Shown: one piece after another, positions 9,735 through 20,850 of the stretch
Numbering within the stretch: the stretch's first letter is position 1
How the letters are laid out: every line of letters starts with the position of its first letter
Source of the DNA: Escherichia coli
Lineage (GTDB): Bacteria > Pseudomonadota > Gammaproteobacteria > Enterobacterales > Enterobacteriaceae
DNA length: 64,000 bases
Reading direction: 5' to 3' (one strand)
NCBI RefSeq assembly: GCF_041886205.1
Contig: NZ_CP169029.1
Program-made: the position numbers and the translations under genes
The notes under the pieces: model-generated
The model's database searches: none
Told to the model about the DNA's origin: nothing
Seen by the model: the letters and a program-made list of their open reading frames with translations, nothing else

Positions 9735-10889
9735 ATGTCTGAACAATTAGTCACACCTGAAAACGTCACCACCAAAGATGGAAAAATCAACCTGCTGGAT
9801 CTCAATCGTCAGCAGATGCGGGAGTTTTTTAAAGATTTAGGTGAAAAACCCTTCCGCGCCGATCAGGTGATGAAGTGGATGTATCACTATTGCTGCGACA
9901 ATTTTGATGAGATGACTGACATCAACAAAGTGTTGCGCGGCAAGCTGAAAGAGGTGGCGGAAATCCGCGCACCGGAAGTGGTTGAAGAACAGCGTTCATC
10001 TGACGGCACCATTAAATGGGCGATTGCCGTGGGTGACCAGCGTGTCGAAACGGTGTACATCCCGGAAGACGACCGCGCTACGCTCTGCGTCTCTTCACAG
10101 GTGGGGTGTGCGCTGGAGTGTAAATTCTGTTCCACCGCCCAGCAGGGCTTTAACCGCAACCTGCGGGTATCGGAAATTATTGGCCAGGTGTGGCGTGCGG
10201 CGAAAATCGTCGGCGCAGCAAAAGTCACCGGTCAGCGTCCGATCACTAACGTAGTAATGATGGGCATGGGCGAGCCGCTGCTCAACCTGAACAACGTCGT
10301 TCCGGCGATGGAAATTATGCTTGATGATTTCGGTTTTGGTCTGTCAAAACGTCGCGTTACCCTGTCGACCTCTGGCGTGGTTCCGGCACTGGATAAACTC
10401 GGCGATATGATCGACGTTGCACTGGCAATTTCCCTGCACGCGCCGAACGACGAAATTCGTGACGAAATTGTGCCGATCAACAAAAAGTACAATATCGAAA
10501 CGTTCCTTGCTGCGGTGCGCCGTTATCTGGAGAAATCCAACGCCAATCAGGGCCGAGTCACTATTGAATACGTGATGCTTGACCACGTTAACGATGGCAC
10601 TGAACACGCGCACCAACTGGCGGAGCTGCTGAAAGATACGCCGTGTAAGATCAACCTGATCCCGTGGAACCCGTTCCCGGGTGCGCCGTATGGACGCAGC
10701 TCGAACAGCCGTATCGACCGTTTCTCAAAAGTGCTGATGAGCTACGGTTTCACCACTATTGTGCGTAAAACGCGTGGTGATGATATCGATGCTGCCTGTG
10801 GTCAGTTGGCGGGCGATGTTATCGACCGTACGAAACGTACCCTGCGTAAACGGATGCAGGGTGAAGCCATCGACATTAAAGCGGTCTGA
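9735..10889 (+). CDS. rlmN: 23S rRNA m2A2503 / tRNA m2A37 methyltransferase (radical SAM)
   Basis: 384 aa; radical-SAM Cys motif [10 protein letters not shown]; conserved neighbour of ndk and rodZ. Confidence 0.95.
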
Positions 10890-10893
10890 TAGC

Positions 10894-10937
10894 CATTACG
10901 CCACGGTTACTTTATGTACCGTGGCGTAATGTTTTAT
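10894..10937 (+). terminator. rho-independent terminator after rlmN
   Basis: 14-bp perfect stem (cattacgccacggt / accgtggcgtaatg), 10-nt loop, then TTTTAT. Confidence 0.6.
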
Positions 10938-11173
10938 GAATGAAGTATTAAGTTGCAATTGTCTGGTCAATATTAACGGTGCGTTTTTGCTGACTTTAAG
11001 GCAGTATGTAACGATGCAACAGTAAGTTAGCCTTAGTGAATGTGGGCTTTGTCACGAGCACACAGACGGTCTTATACTGTATGATAACGGTTAACTTAAC
11101 GGATGTTTCGCGGTGTGGGTGAGCATGATGGTTCACCGGCATCTCAATTCTCATTTAAACGTACCTGCAGCGA

Positions 11174-12187
11174 ATGAATACTGAAGCCACGCACGACCAA
11201 AATGAAGCACTTACTACCGGCGCTCGCCTGCGTAATGCTCGCGAACAACTAGGACTTAGTCAGCAGGCCGTTGCCGAGCGACTTTGCCTGAAGGTTTCCA
11301 CGGTACGCGACATTGAAGAAGATAAGGCACCCGCCGATCTTGCTTCAACATTCCTGCGCGGATATATCCGCTCTTATGCGCGTCTGGTACATATTCCAGA
11401 AGAAGAACTGCTGCCAGGGCTGGAAAAGCAGGCTCCATTACGGGCTGCAAAAGTTGCGCCGATGCAGAGTTTTTCCCTCGGTAAACGCCGCAAAAAACGT
11501 GACGGCTGGCTGATGACCTTCACCTGGCTGGTGTTGTTTGTGGTTATCGGCCTGAGCGGTGCCTGGTGGTGGCAAGACCACAAAGCTCAGCAGGAAGAGA
11601 TCACCACGATGGCCGATCAATCTTCGGCGGAACTGAGCAGTAATAGCGAGCAGGGGCAGAGTGTTCCGTTAAATACGTCGACAACTACAGACCCGGCTAC
11701 AACGTCCACGCCGCCAGCGTCTGTGGATACTACCGCAACCAACACGCAAACACCTGCCGTAACTGCGCCAGCACCAGCTGTTGATCCGCAACAGAATGCG
11801 GTTGTTTCGCCTTCGCAGGCAAATGTTGATACCGCCGCGACCCCGGCACCAACGGCAACAACAACGCCAGATGGTGCTGCGCCGTTGCCAACCGATCAGG
11901 CAGGCGTGACTACGCCGGCGGCTGATCCGAATGCGCTGGTGATGAACTTTACTGCCGATTGTTGGCTAGAGGTTACTGATGCTACCGGTAAAAAATTGTT
12001 TAGCGGTATGCAGCGTAAAGACGGTAATTTGAACTTAACCGGCCAGGCACCGTACAAACTGAAAATTGGTGCGCCAGCCGCAGTACAGATCCAGTATCAA
12101 GGGAAACCTGTCGATCTGAGTCGTTTTATCAGAACTAACCAGGTTGCGCGTCTGACCCTCAATGCCGAACAATCACCGGCGCAGTAA
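11174..12187 (+). CDS. rodZ: cytoskeleton protein RodZ (HTH, transmembrane, Pro/Thr-rich linker)
   Basis: 337 aa; N-terminal HTH ([12 protein letters not shown]), one transmembrane segment, low-complexity T/P/A-rich periplasmic linker. Confidence 0.9.
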   Translation: MNTEATHDQNEALTTGARLRNAREQLGLSQQAVAERLCLKVSTVRDIEEDKAPADLASTFLRGYIRSYARLVHIPEEELLPGLEKQAPLRAAKVAPMQSFSLGKRRKKRDGWLMTFTWLVLFVVIGLSGAWWWQDHKAQQEEITTMADQSSAELSSNSEQGQSVPLNTSTTTDPATTSTPPASVDTTATNTQTPAVTAPAPAVDPQQNAVVSPSQANVDTAATPAPTATTTPDGAAPLPTDQAGVTTPAADPNALVMNFTADCWLEVTDATGKKLFSGMQRKDGNLNLTGQAPYKLKIGAPAAVQIQYQGKPVDLSRFIRTNQVARLTLNAEQSPAQ

Positions 12188-12213
12188 CAGACGGGTAACG
12201 CGGGAGATTTTTC

Positions 12214-13332
12214 ATGCATAACCAGGCTCCAATTCAACGTAGAAAATCAACACGTATTTACGTTGGGAATGTGCCGATTGGCGATGGTGCTCCCATCGCC
12301 GTACAGTCCATGACCAATACGCGTACGACAGACGTCGAAGCAACGGTCAATCAAATCAAGGCGCTGGAACGCGTTGGCGCTGATATCGTCCGTGTCTCCG
12401 TACCGACGATGGACGCGGCAGAAGCGTTCAAACTCATCAAACAGCAGGTTAACGTGCCGCTGGTGGCTGACATCCACTTCGACTATCGCATTGCACTGAA
12501 AGTAGCGGAATACGGCGTCGATTGTCTGCGTATTAACCCTGGCAATATCGGTAATGAAGAGCGTATTCGCATGGTGGTTGACTGTGCGCGCGATAAAAAC
12601 ATTCCGATCCGTATTGGCGTTAACGCCGGATCGCTGGAAAAAGATCTGCAAGAAAAGTATGGCGAACCGACGCCGCAGGCGTTGCTGGAATCCGCCATGC
12701 GTCATGTTGATCATCTCGATCGCCTGAACTTCGATCAGTTCAAAGTCAGCGTGAAAGCGTCTGACGTCTTCCTCGCTGTTGAGTCTTATCGTTTGCTGGC
12801 AAAACAGATCGATCAGCCGTTGCATCTGGGGATCACCGAAGCCGGTGGCGCGCGCAGCGGGGCAGTAAAATCCGCCATTGGTTTAGGTCTGCTGCTGTCT
12901 GAAGGCATCGGCGACACGCTGCGCGTATCACTGGCGGCCGATCCGGTCGAAGAGATCAAAGTCGGTTTCGATATTTTGAAATCGCTTCGTATCCGTTCGC
13001 GAGGTATCAACTTCATCGCCTGTCCGACCTGTTCGCGTCAGGAGTTTGATGTTATCGGTACGGTTAACGCGCTGGAGCAACGCCTGGAAGATATCATCAC
13101 TCCGATGGACGTTTCGATTATCGGCTGCGTGGTGAATGGCCCAGGTGAGGCGCTGGTTTCTACACTCGGCGTCACCGGCGGCAACAAGAAAAGCGGCCTC
13201 TATGAAGATGGCGTGCGCAAAGACCGTCTGGACAACAACGATATGATCGACCAGCTGGAAGCACGCATTCGTGCGAAAGCCAGTCAGCTGGACGAAGCGC
13301 GTCGAATTGACGTTCAGCAGGTTGAAAAATAA
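12214..13332 (+). CDS. ispG: 4-hydroxy-3-methylbut-2-en-1-yl diphosphate synthase
   Basis: 372 aa; C-terminal cluster Cys (CPTCSRQ ... GCVVNGPGE). Confidence 0.95.
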
Positions 13333-13442
13333 TAACGTGATGGGAAGCGCCTCGCTTCCCGTGTATGATTGAACCCGCATGGCTCCCGAAACATTGAGGG
13401 AAGCGTTGAGGGTTCATTTTTATATTCAGAAAGAGAATAAAC

Positions 13443-14717
13443 GTGGCAAAAAACATTCAAGCCATTCGCGGCATGAACGATTACCTGCCTGGCGAAACGG
13501 CCATCTGGCAGCGCATTGAAGGCACACTGAAAAACGTGCTCGGCAGCTACGGTTACAGTGAAATCCGCTTGCCGATTGTAGAGCAGACCCCGCTATTCAA
13601 ACGTGCGATTGGTGAAGTCACCGACGTGGTTGAAAAAGAGATGTACACCTTTGAGGATCGCAATGGCGACAGCCTGACTCTGCGCCCTGAAGGGACGGCG
13701 GGCTGTGTACGCGCCGGCATCGAGCATGGTCTTCTGTACAATCAGGAACAGCGTCTGTGGTATATCGGGCCGATGTTCCGTCACGAGCGTCCGCAGAAAG
13801 GGCGTTATCGTCAGTTCCATCAGTTGGGCTGCGAAGTTTTCGGTCTGCAAGGTCCGGATATCGACGCTGAACTGATTATGCTCACTGTCCGCTGGTGGCG
13901 CGCGCTGGGTATTTCCGAGCACGTAACTCTTGAGCTGAACTCTATCGGTTCGCTGGAAGCACGCGCCAATTACCGCGATGCGCTGGTGGCATTCCTTGAG
14001 CAGCATAAAGAAAAGCTGGACGAAGACTGCAAACGCCGCATGTACACTAACCCGCTGCGCGTGCTGGATTCAAAAAATCCGGAAGTGCAGGCGCTTCTCA
14101 ACGATGCTCCGGCATTAGGCGATTATCTGGACGAGGAATCTCGTGAGCATTTTGCCGGTCTGTGCAAACTGCTGGAGAGCGCGGGGATCGCTTACACCGT
14201 CAACCAGCGTCTGGTGCGTGGTCTGGATTACTATAACCGTACCGTTTTCGAGTGGGTGACTAACAGCCTCGGTTCCCAGGGCACCGTGTGTGCAGGCGGT
14301 CGTTATGACGGTCTGGTGGAACAACTGGGCGGTCGTGCAACACCGGCTGTCGGTTTTGCGATGGGCCTCGAACGTCTTGTATTGTTAGTACAGGCCGTTA
14401 ATCCGGAATTTAAAGCCGATCCTGTTGTCGATATATACCTGGTGGCTTCAGGTGCTGATACACAATCTGCGGCTATGGCATTAGCTGAGCGTCTGCGTGA
14501 TGAATTACCGGGCGTGAAATTGATGACCAACCACGGCGGCGGCAACTTTAAGAAACAGTTTGCCCGTGCTGATAAATGGGGTGCCCGCGTTGCTGTGGTG
14601 CTGGGTGAGTCTGAAGTGGCTAACGGCACAGCAGTAGTGAAGGATTTGCGCTCTGGTGAGCAAACGGCAGTTGCGCAGGATAGCGTAGCCGCGCATTTGC
14701 GCACGTTACTGGGTTAA
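13443..14717 (+). CDS. hisS: histidine--tRNA ligase
   Basis: 424 aa, [18 protein letters not shown]...; class II aaRS motifs; apparent GTG start. Confidence 0.95.
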   Translation: MAKNIQAIRGMNDYLPGETAIWQRIEGTLKNVLGSYGYSEIRLPIVEQTPLFKRAIGEVTDVVEKEMYTFEDRNGDSLTLRPEGTAGCVRAGIEHGLLYNQEQRLWYIGPMFRHERPQKGRYRQFHQLGCEVFGLQGPDIDAELIMLTVRWWRALGISEHVTLELNSIGSLEARANYRDALVAFLEQHKEKLDEDCKRRMYTNPLRVLDSKNPEVQALLNDAPALGDYLDEESREHFAGLCKLLESAGIAYTVNQRLVRGLDYYNRTVFEWVTNSLGSQGTVCAGGRYDGLVEQLGGRATPAVGFAMGLERLVLLVQAVNPEFKADPVVDIYLVASGADTQSAAMALAERLRDELPGVKLMTNHGGGNFKKQFARADKWGARVAVVLGESEVANGTAVVKDLRSGEQTAVAQDSVAAHLRTLLG

Positions 14718-14734
14718 GGAAGGAGAAGGACAGC

Positions 14735-15355
14735 GTGGAAATTTACGAGAACGAAAACGACCAGGTAGAAGCGGTTAAACGCTTTTTTGCTGAAAATGGC
14801 AAAGCACTGGCTGTTGGGGTGATTTTGGGCGTTGGCGCACTGATTGGCTGGCGCTACTGGAACAGCCATCAGGTTGATTCTGCACGCTCCGCTTCTCTTG
14901 CCTATCAAAATGCGGTTACCGCAGTGAGCGAAGGCAAACCGGATAGCATCCCGGCGGCGGAAAAATTTGCTGCTGAAAATAAAAATACTTATGGTGCGCT
15001 GGCTTCTTTGGAACTTGCGCAGCAATTTGTTGACAAAAATGAACTAGAGAAAGCTGCCGCCCAGTTACAACAGGGGCTGGCAGACACGAGCGATGAAAAT
15101 CTCAAAGCCGTGATAAATCTGCGTCTTGCTCGCGTTCAGGTACAGCTCAAGCAGGCTGATGCCGCGCTGAAAACCCTTGATACCATCAAAGGTGAAGGGT
15201 GGGCTGCCATTGTTGCCGACCTGCGTGGTGAAGCATTGCTGAGCAAAGGTGATAAGCAAGGTGCGCGTAGTGCATGGGAAGCAGGCGTGAAAAGCGATGT
15301 TACTCCGGCACTGAGCGAAATGATGCAGATGAAAATTAATAATTTGTCCATCTGA
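14735..15355 (+). CDS. yfgM: TPR-like membrane-anchored protein YfgM
   Basis: 206 aa, N-terminal transmembrane helix, conserved position between hisS and bamB. Confidence 0.85.
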   Translation: MEIYENENDQVEAVKRFFAENGKALAVGVILGVGALIGWRYWNSHQVDSARSASLAYQNAVTAVSEGKPDSIPAAEKFAAENKNTYGALASLELAQQFVDKNELEKAAAQLQQGLADTSDENLKAVINLRLARVQVQLKQADAALKTLDTIKGEGWAAIVADLRGEALLSKGDKQGARSAWEAGVKSDVTPALSEMMQMKINNLSI

Positions 15356-15365
15356 GAGGGACCCG

Positions 15366-16544
15366 ATGCAATTGCGTAAATTACTGCTGCCAGGACTGCT
15401 TTCCGTTACCCTTTTAAGCGGCTGTTCGCTGTTTAACAGCGAAGAAGATGTGGTAAAGATGTCCCCATTGCCAACCGTTGAAAACCAGTTTACGCCGACC
15501 ACGGCGTGGAGCACTTCCGTTGGTAGCGGCATTGGCAACTTCTATTCCAATCTTCATCCGGCACTGGCGGACAACGTTGTCTATGCAGCGGACCGCGCTG
15601 GTTTAGTAAAAGCGCTGAATGCGGATGATGGCAAAGAAATCTGGTCTGTCAGCCTGGCCGAGAAAGATGGCTGGTTCTCTAAAGAGCCTGCATTACTTTC
15701 TGGCGGTGTGACCGTGTCTGGTGGGCATGTCTACATTGGCAGCGAAAAGGCGCAGGTTTACGCGCTGAATACCAGCGATGGTACTGTGGCATGGCAAACT
15801 AAAGTCGCGGGTGAAGCACTTTCGCGCCCGGTGGTCAGCGACGGTCTGGTGTTAATCCACACCAGTAACGGTCAGTTACAAGCGCTGAACGAAGCTGACG
15901 GCGCTGTCAAATGGACAGTTAACCTCGATATGCCTTCGCTCTCTTTGCGTGGCGAGTCTGCGCCGGCAACGGCTTTTGGTGCGGCCGTCGTGGGGGGCGA
16001 TAATGGTCGCGTCAGCGCAGTGCTGATGGAACAGGGCCAGATGATTTGGCAGCAGCGTATTTCCCAGGCGACCGGTTCTACCGAAATTGACCGTCTGAGC
16101 GATGTTGACACGACTCCCGTCGTTGTTAACGGCGTTGTTTTCGCGCTGGCCTATAATGGTAACCTGACGGCGCTTGATCTGCGCAGTGGTCAGATTATGT
16201 GGAAACGCGAACTGGGTTCGGTGAATGATTTCATCGTCGACGGCAATCGCATCTATCTGGTCGATCAAAATGACCGGGTGATGGCGTTGACCATTGATGG
16301 CGGCGTTACGCTGTGGACACAAAGCGATCTGCTGCATCGCCTGCTGACTTCTCCGGTGCTGTATAATGGCAACCTGGTGGTCGGTGACAGTGAAGGTTAT
16401 TTGCACTGGATTAACGTCGAAGATGGTCGTTTCGTTGCCCAGCAAAAAGTTGATAGTTCCGGTTTCCAGACTGAACCGGTTGCCGCTGACGGCAAACTGC
16501 TGATCCAGGCAAAAGACGGAACCGTGTACTCTATTACACGTTAA
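15366..16544 (+). CDS. bamB: outer-membrane protein assembly factor BamB (lipoprotein, beta-propeller)
   Basis: 392 aa; lipobox LLSGCS; repeated propeller-blade motifs. Confidence 0.9.
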   Translation: MQLRKLLLPGLLSVTLLSGCSLFNSEEDVVKMSPLPTVENQFTPTTAWSTSVGSGIGNFYSNLHPALADNVVYAADRAGLVKALNADDGKEIWSVSLAEKDGWFSKEPALLSGGVTVSGGHVYIGSEKAQVYALNTSDGTVAWQTKVAGEALSRPVVSDGLVLIHTSNGQLQALNEADGAVKWTVNLDMPSLSLRGESAPATAFGAAVVGGDNGRVSAVLMEQGQMIWQQRISQATGSTEIDRLSDVDTTPVVVNGVVFALAYNGNLTALDLRSGQIMWKRELGSVNDFIVDGNRIYLVDQNDRVMALTIDGGVTLWTQSDLLHRLLTSPVLYNGNLVVGDSEGYLHWINVEDGRFVAQQKVDSSGFQTEPVAADGKLLIQAKDGTVYSITR

Positions 16545-16564
16545 TCGTCTCTGTCGTTCACTTT

Positions 16565-16603
16565 GAAAACGGCTCCTGGACAGGGGCCGTTTTCCTGTTT
16601 TTA
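16565..16603 (+). terminator. rho-independent terminator after bamB
   Basis: Hairpin gaaaacggc...gccgttttc followed by CTGTTTTT. Confidence 0.6.
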
Positions 16604-16661
16604 ACAACGACGCGAATATAGCGTGCGTTGTCTGATGATTTATAAAAATGAGGCTTTAAAC

Positions 16662-18134
16662 ATGGTACCTGTGGTCGCGCTTGTCGGGCGCCCTAACGTA
16701 GGAAAATCCACGTTATTTAACCGTCTAACTCGCACCCGAGATGCGCTGGTTGCGGATTTCCCGGGTCTGACTCGTGACCGTAAGTACGGTCGTGCGGAAA
16801 TTGAAGGCCGTGAGTTTATCTGTATTGATACCGGCGGGATTGATGGCACAGAAGACGGTGTAGAAACCCGCATGGCGGAACAGTCGCTGCTGGCGATTGA
16901 AGAAGCGGACGTCGTACTGTTTATGGTGGATGCGCGCGCGGGCCTGATGCCGGCAGATGAAGCGATTGCCAAACATCTGCGCTCCCGTGAAAAACCGACC
17001 TTCCTGGTGGCAAACAAAACTGACGGTCTGGATCCCGATCAGGCAGTGGTTGATTTCTACTCGCTTGGTTTAGGTGAAATCTACCCGATCGCCGCGTCTC
17101 ACGGTCGTGGCGTATTAAGTCTGCTGGAGCATGTGCTGCTGCCGTGGATGGAAGATCTCGCACCGCAAGAGGAAGTCGACGAAGACGCTGAATACTGGGC
17201 GCAATTTGAAGCGGAAGAGAACGGCGAAGAAGAAGAGGAAGACGACTTCGACCCGCAAAGTCTGCCGATCAAACTGGCGATTGTGGGTCGTCCGAACGTA
17301 GGTAAGTCTACACTCACTAACCGTATTCTTGGTGAAGAGCGCGTTGTTGTTTACGACATGCCTGGCACGACGCGTGACAGCATCTACATCCCAATGGAAC
17401 GCGATGGACGTGAGTATGTGCTCATTGACACCGCTGGCGTACGTAAACGCGGCAAAATCACCGATGCTGTAGAGAAATTCTCCGTAATCAAAACGTTGCA
17501 GGCCATTGAAGACGCCAACGTGGTGATGTTAGTGATTGATGCGCGCGAAGGTATTTCCGATCAGGATCTCTCGCTGCTGGGCTTTATTCTCAATAGTGGG
17601 CGCTCACTTGTCATTGTGGTGAATAAGTGGGATGGCCTGAGTCAGGAAGTGAAAGAGCAGGTGAAAGAAACGCTGGACTTCCGTCTGGGCTTTATCGATT
17701 TTGCTCGAGTGCACTTTATCTCTGCCTTGCACGGCAGTGGTGTTGGTAACTTGTTTGAATCAGTACGTGAAGCGTATGACAGCTCCACCCGTCGTGTGGG
17801 GACCTCTATGCTGACGCGCATCATGACGATGGCTGTTGAAGATCACCAACCGCCGCTGGTACGCGGTCGTCGTGTGAAGCTGAAATATGCCCACGCCGGT
17901 GGTTATAACCCGCCGATTGTGGTGATTCACGGTAATCAGGTGAAAGACCTGCCTGATTCCTACAAGCGCTACTTGATGAACTACTTCCGCAAATCGCTGG
18001 ACGTAATGGGATCGCCGATTCGTATTCAGTTCAAAGAAGGGGAAAACCCGTATGCGAATAAGCGTAACACCCTGACGCCAACTCAGATGCGTAAACGTAA
18101 GCGTCTGATGAAGCACATCAAGAAAAGTAAGTAA
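16662..18134 (+). CDS. der: ribosome-associated GTPase Der (EngA), tandem GTPase domains
   Basis: Two G-domains (GRPNVGKST at both); 490 aa from the ATG at 16662. The ORF-track start at 16623 is an upstream extension. Confidence 0.95.
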   Translation: MVPVVALVGRPNVGKSTLFNRLTRTRDALVADFPGLTRDRKYGRAEIEGREFICIDTGGIDGTEDGVETRMAEQSLLAIEEADVVLFMVDARAGLMPADEAIAKHLRSREKPTFLVANKTDGLDPDQAVVDFYSLGLGEIYPIAASHGRGVLSLLEHVLLPWMEDLAPQEEVDEDAEYWAQFEAEENGEEEEEDDFDPQSLPIKLAIVGRPNVGKSTLTNRILGEERVVVYDMPGTTRDSIYIPMERDGREYVLIDTAGVRKRGKITDAVEKFSVIKTLQAIEDANVVMLVIDAREGISDQDLSLLGFILNSGRSLVIVVNKWDGLSQEVKEQVKETLDFRLGFIDFARVHFISALHGSGVGNLFESVREAYDSSTRRVGTSMLTRIMTMAVEDHQPPLVRGRRVKLKYAHAGGYNPPIVVIHGNQVKDLPDSYKRYLMNYFRKSLDVMGSPIRIQFKEGENPYANKRNTLTPTQMRKRKRLMKHIKKSK

Positions 18135-18193
18135 TTACTTATCTGGTTTCCCTTTTCGCATGGAGAGGGAAACCGAATAACACGCGAGGAGTA

Positions 18194-18412
18194 TTGATGG
18201 AATTCACTTGCCCAACCTGCCATAAACCTCTCGAACACCACGGCGAGACGGCTCACTGCGTAACTTGCGATAAAGATTTCACCATCCAGGCACGTTGCCC
18301 TGACTGCCATCAGCCGCTACAGGTGTTAAAGGCTTGTGGCGCTGTGGACTATTTCTGTCAACATGGTCACGGATTAATTTCTAAAAAACGCGTTGAGTTT
18401 ATTATCGCTTAA
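18194..18412 (+). CDS. yfgJ: zinc-ribbon-like small protein YfgJ
   Basis: 72 aa with two CxxC pairs (CPTCHK...CVTCDK, CPDCHQ...CQHGH). Confidence 0.75.
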   Translation: MMEFTCPTCHKPLEHHGETAHCVTCDKDFTIQARCPDCHQPLQVLKACGAVDYFCQHGHGLISKKRVEFIIA

Positions 18413-18428
18413 TATCATTCGAATGTAT

Positions 18429-18467
18429 GGTTTTATCATTTGTATTTAATATACAAATGATAAAACC
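18429..18467. repeat. perfect 17-bp inverted repeat (ggttttatcatttgtat / atacaaatgataaaacc), hairpin at the core/accessory junction
   Basis: Read directly; 5-nt spacer; followed by T-rich sequence; lies in the AT-rich 190-bp leader of the SinH-like gene. Confidence 0.5.
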
Positions 18468-18621
18468 TTCTCTTATTAGTTAAATCATTAATACATGTGA
18501 GTAAAATTATTTAGATATATTTTTAGGAATATATTTAGTTTTTCTGACGTGCCTTCCTGAATGTTCTGGCATAGAATATTAGAGCTTATTCATCAAATTA
18601 TCATTGCCACAGGGAAAGTGC

Positions 18622-20796
18622 ATGCTGCGATGGAGTCGCTTTATTATGTTACTATTCATCTCTGCTGCAACTCCTGCGGCAGAGATAAATAGTAAGCAAA
18701 ACGAATCGTTACCTGATTTAGGCAGCCAGGCGGCTCAACAAGTAGAACAAACGGATAAGGGTAAATCGTTAAAAGAGCGTGGAGCCGATTACGTCATTGA
18801 TTCTGCTACGCAAGGGTTTGAAAACCTAACCCCCGAGGCGCTGGAATCTCAGGCCAGAAGCTATCTGCAAAGTCAAATCACCTCAACCGCACAATCTTAT
18901 ATTGAAGACACACTCTCTCCCTACGGTAAGGTCCGTTCGAATCTCTCTATTGGTCAGGGTGGCGATCTGGATGGTAGCTCCATCGATTATTTTGTTCCCT
19001 GGTATGATAATCAAACGACCGTTTATTTCAGTCAATTTTCTGCGCAACGAAAAGAGGATCGTACGATCGGGAATATCGGAATTGGAGTAAGACATAATTT
19101 CGATGAATGGCTTTTGGGTGGGAATATATTTTACGATTATGATTTCACCCGTGGGCATCGTCGTTTAGGTTTAGGGACAGAAGCCTGGACCAATTATTTA
19201 AAATTTTCTGGCAACTATTATCATCCGCTCTCTGACTGGAAAAACTCTGAGGATTTCGACTTTTATGAAGAGCGTCCGGCGCGCGGTTGGGATATTCGTG
19301 CTGAAGCCTGGTTACCTTCTTATCCACAACTGGGGGGCAAGATTGTCTTCGAGCAATATTACGGTGATGAAGTCGCCCTTTTTGGTACGGATAATTTAGA
19401 GAAAGATCCCTATGCGGTGACGCTAGGACTAAATTATCAACCGGTACCGTTACTGACAGTTGGAACGGATTATAAAGCGGGGACCGGAGATAACAGCGAT
19501 GTCAGCATTAATGCCACTCTTAATTATCAGTTCGGCGTTCCGCTAAAAGATCAACTCGACAGCGATAAAGTAAAAGCAGTCCACTCGTTGATGGGTAGCC
19601 GACAGGACTTTGTCGAGCGTAATAACTTTATCGTCCTGGAATATAAAGAGAAAGACCCTCTGGATGTGACGTTGTGGCTGAAAGCGGATGCGACCAACGA
19701 GCATCCAGAGTGCGTCATTAAGGACACTCCTGAAGCGGCGGTCGGTCTGGAAAAATGTAAGTGGACCATTAACGCACTGATCAATCACCACTACAAAATT
19801 GTCGCTGCGTCATGGCAGGCGAAAAACAATGCCGCCCGCACGCTGGTGATGCCGGTCATCAAAGAAAATACCATCACTGAAGGCAACAACAACCACTGGA
19901 ATCTGATACTGCCAGCCTGGCAGTACAGCTCTGACAAAGCTGAGCAGGAAAAACTCAATACCTGGCGGGTACGGCTGGCGCTGGAAGATGAAAAAGGTAA
20001 TCGGCAAAACTCCGGCCTGGTGGAAATCACTGTTCAGCAGGACCGTAAAATAGAGCTTATCGTCAATAACATTGCCGATGCGCCTGCCGAGAATAACCAC
20101 AGCCATGAAGCCAGCGCTCAGGCGGATGGCGTTGATGGTGTAGTCATGGACCTCGAGGTGACGGACAGTTTTGGCGATAACACGGACCGCAACGGTGATG
20201 CTCTGCCAGAAGATAATCTTGCACCGCAGCTCTACGACGCTCAGGACAAAAAAGTCACGCTAACCAATAAACCCTGCTCGACCGACAACCCCTGCGTGTT
20301 TATTGCCAAACAAGATAAAGAAAAGGGAACGGTAACCCTCTCCAGTACATTGCCAGGCGTTTTCCGCTGGAAAGCGAAAGCGGCTCCCTACGATGACAGT
20401 AACTATGTGGATGTCACGTTTATTGGATCTGATATCGGCGGGCTTAATGCTTTCATTTACCGGCTTGGGGTAGCGAAGCCAGTCAATTTGATCGGCAATG
20501 ATAAAGACCCCCTGCCGCTGGGCAACACGTACCGATTTGTGTTGTGGCGTGATGCCAACAAAGACGGCGTTTTTCAGCAGTCGGAAAAACTAACCGATGA
20601 AGAGATGACTCAGTACGACTACAAGTGGGAATTTACCGGCAAGAGCATCAATGGCGAAGTAGGTGCGCAGGCGAACACATCCAATGCAGACATTGTAATA
20701 CCGGCGACCAACCGTGAAGCGGCGCAATCCTATGGTGCAAAAGTGGAAGATGGCTTGCAGGGATACGGTTTACGCGTGCTGTACACCAAAAAATAA
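18622..20796 (+). CDS. sinH: intimin/invasin-family inverse autotransporter adhesin (SinH-like)
   Basis: 724 aa from the ATG at 18622 (ORF-track start 18604 is an alternative upstream start); signal peptide MLRWSRFIMLLFISAATPAA; N-terminal beta-barrel-type region with alternating aromatic motifs (WTNYLKFSGNYYHPL, TLGLNYQPVP), then C-terminal passenger; position and architecture as recalled for Salmonella sinH. Confidence 0.75.
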   Translation: MLRWSRFIMLLFISAATPAAEINSKQNESLPDLGSQAAQQVEQTDKGKSLKERGADYVIDSATQGFENLTPEALESQARSYLQSQITSTAQSYIEDTLSPYGKVRSNLSIGQGGDLDGSSIDYFVPWYDNQTTVYFSQFSAQRKEDRTIGNIGIGVRHNFDEWLLGGNIFYDYDFTRGHRRLGLGTEAWTNYLKFSGNYYHPLSDWKNSEDFDFYEERPARGWDIRAEAWLPSYPQLGGKIVFEQYYGDEVALFGTDNLEKDPYAVTLGLNYQPVPLLTVGTDYKAGTGDNSDVSINATLNYQFGVPLKDQLDSDKVKAVHSLMGSRQDFVERNNFIVLEYKEKDPLDVTLWLKADATNEHPECVIKDTPEAAVGLEKCKWTINALINHHYKIVAASWQAKNNAARTLVMPVIKENTITEGNNNHWNLILPAWQYSSDKAEQEKLNTWRVRLALEDEKGNRQNSGLVEITVQQDRKIELIVNNIADAPAENNHSHEASAQADGVDGVVMDLEVTDSFGDNTDRNGDALPEDNLAPQLYDAQDKKVTLTNKPCSTDNPCVFIAKQDKEKGTVTLSSTLPGVFRWKAKAAPYDDSNYVDVTFIGSDIGGLNAFIYRLGVAKPVNLIGNDKDPLPLGNTYRFVLWRDANKDGVFQQSEKLTDEEMTQYDYKWEFTGKSINGEVGAQANTSNADIVIPATNREAAQSYGAKVEDGLQGYGLRVLYTKK

Positions 20797-20850
20797 GATT
20801 GGCGTAAGGCCAGTCGGCCAGTCGCTGAAGATTCATTAAGGAGAGACTCA

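Noticed and set aside
13345-13370. Hairpin gggaagcgcctcgcttccc after ispG as a terminator
   Set aside because: No T-run follows; hisS begins 75 bp downstream and is probably co-transcribed or has its own promoter here.
16623-16661. N-terminal extensions in the ORF track (der 16623, guaB 31589, upp 44829, uraA 45526, ppk 42690, purM 44546, hyfJ 54334, hyfC 61948)
   Set aside because: Conserved N-termini and RBS placement support the downstream starts; the upstream codons are in-frame leader sequence.
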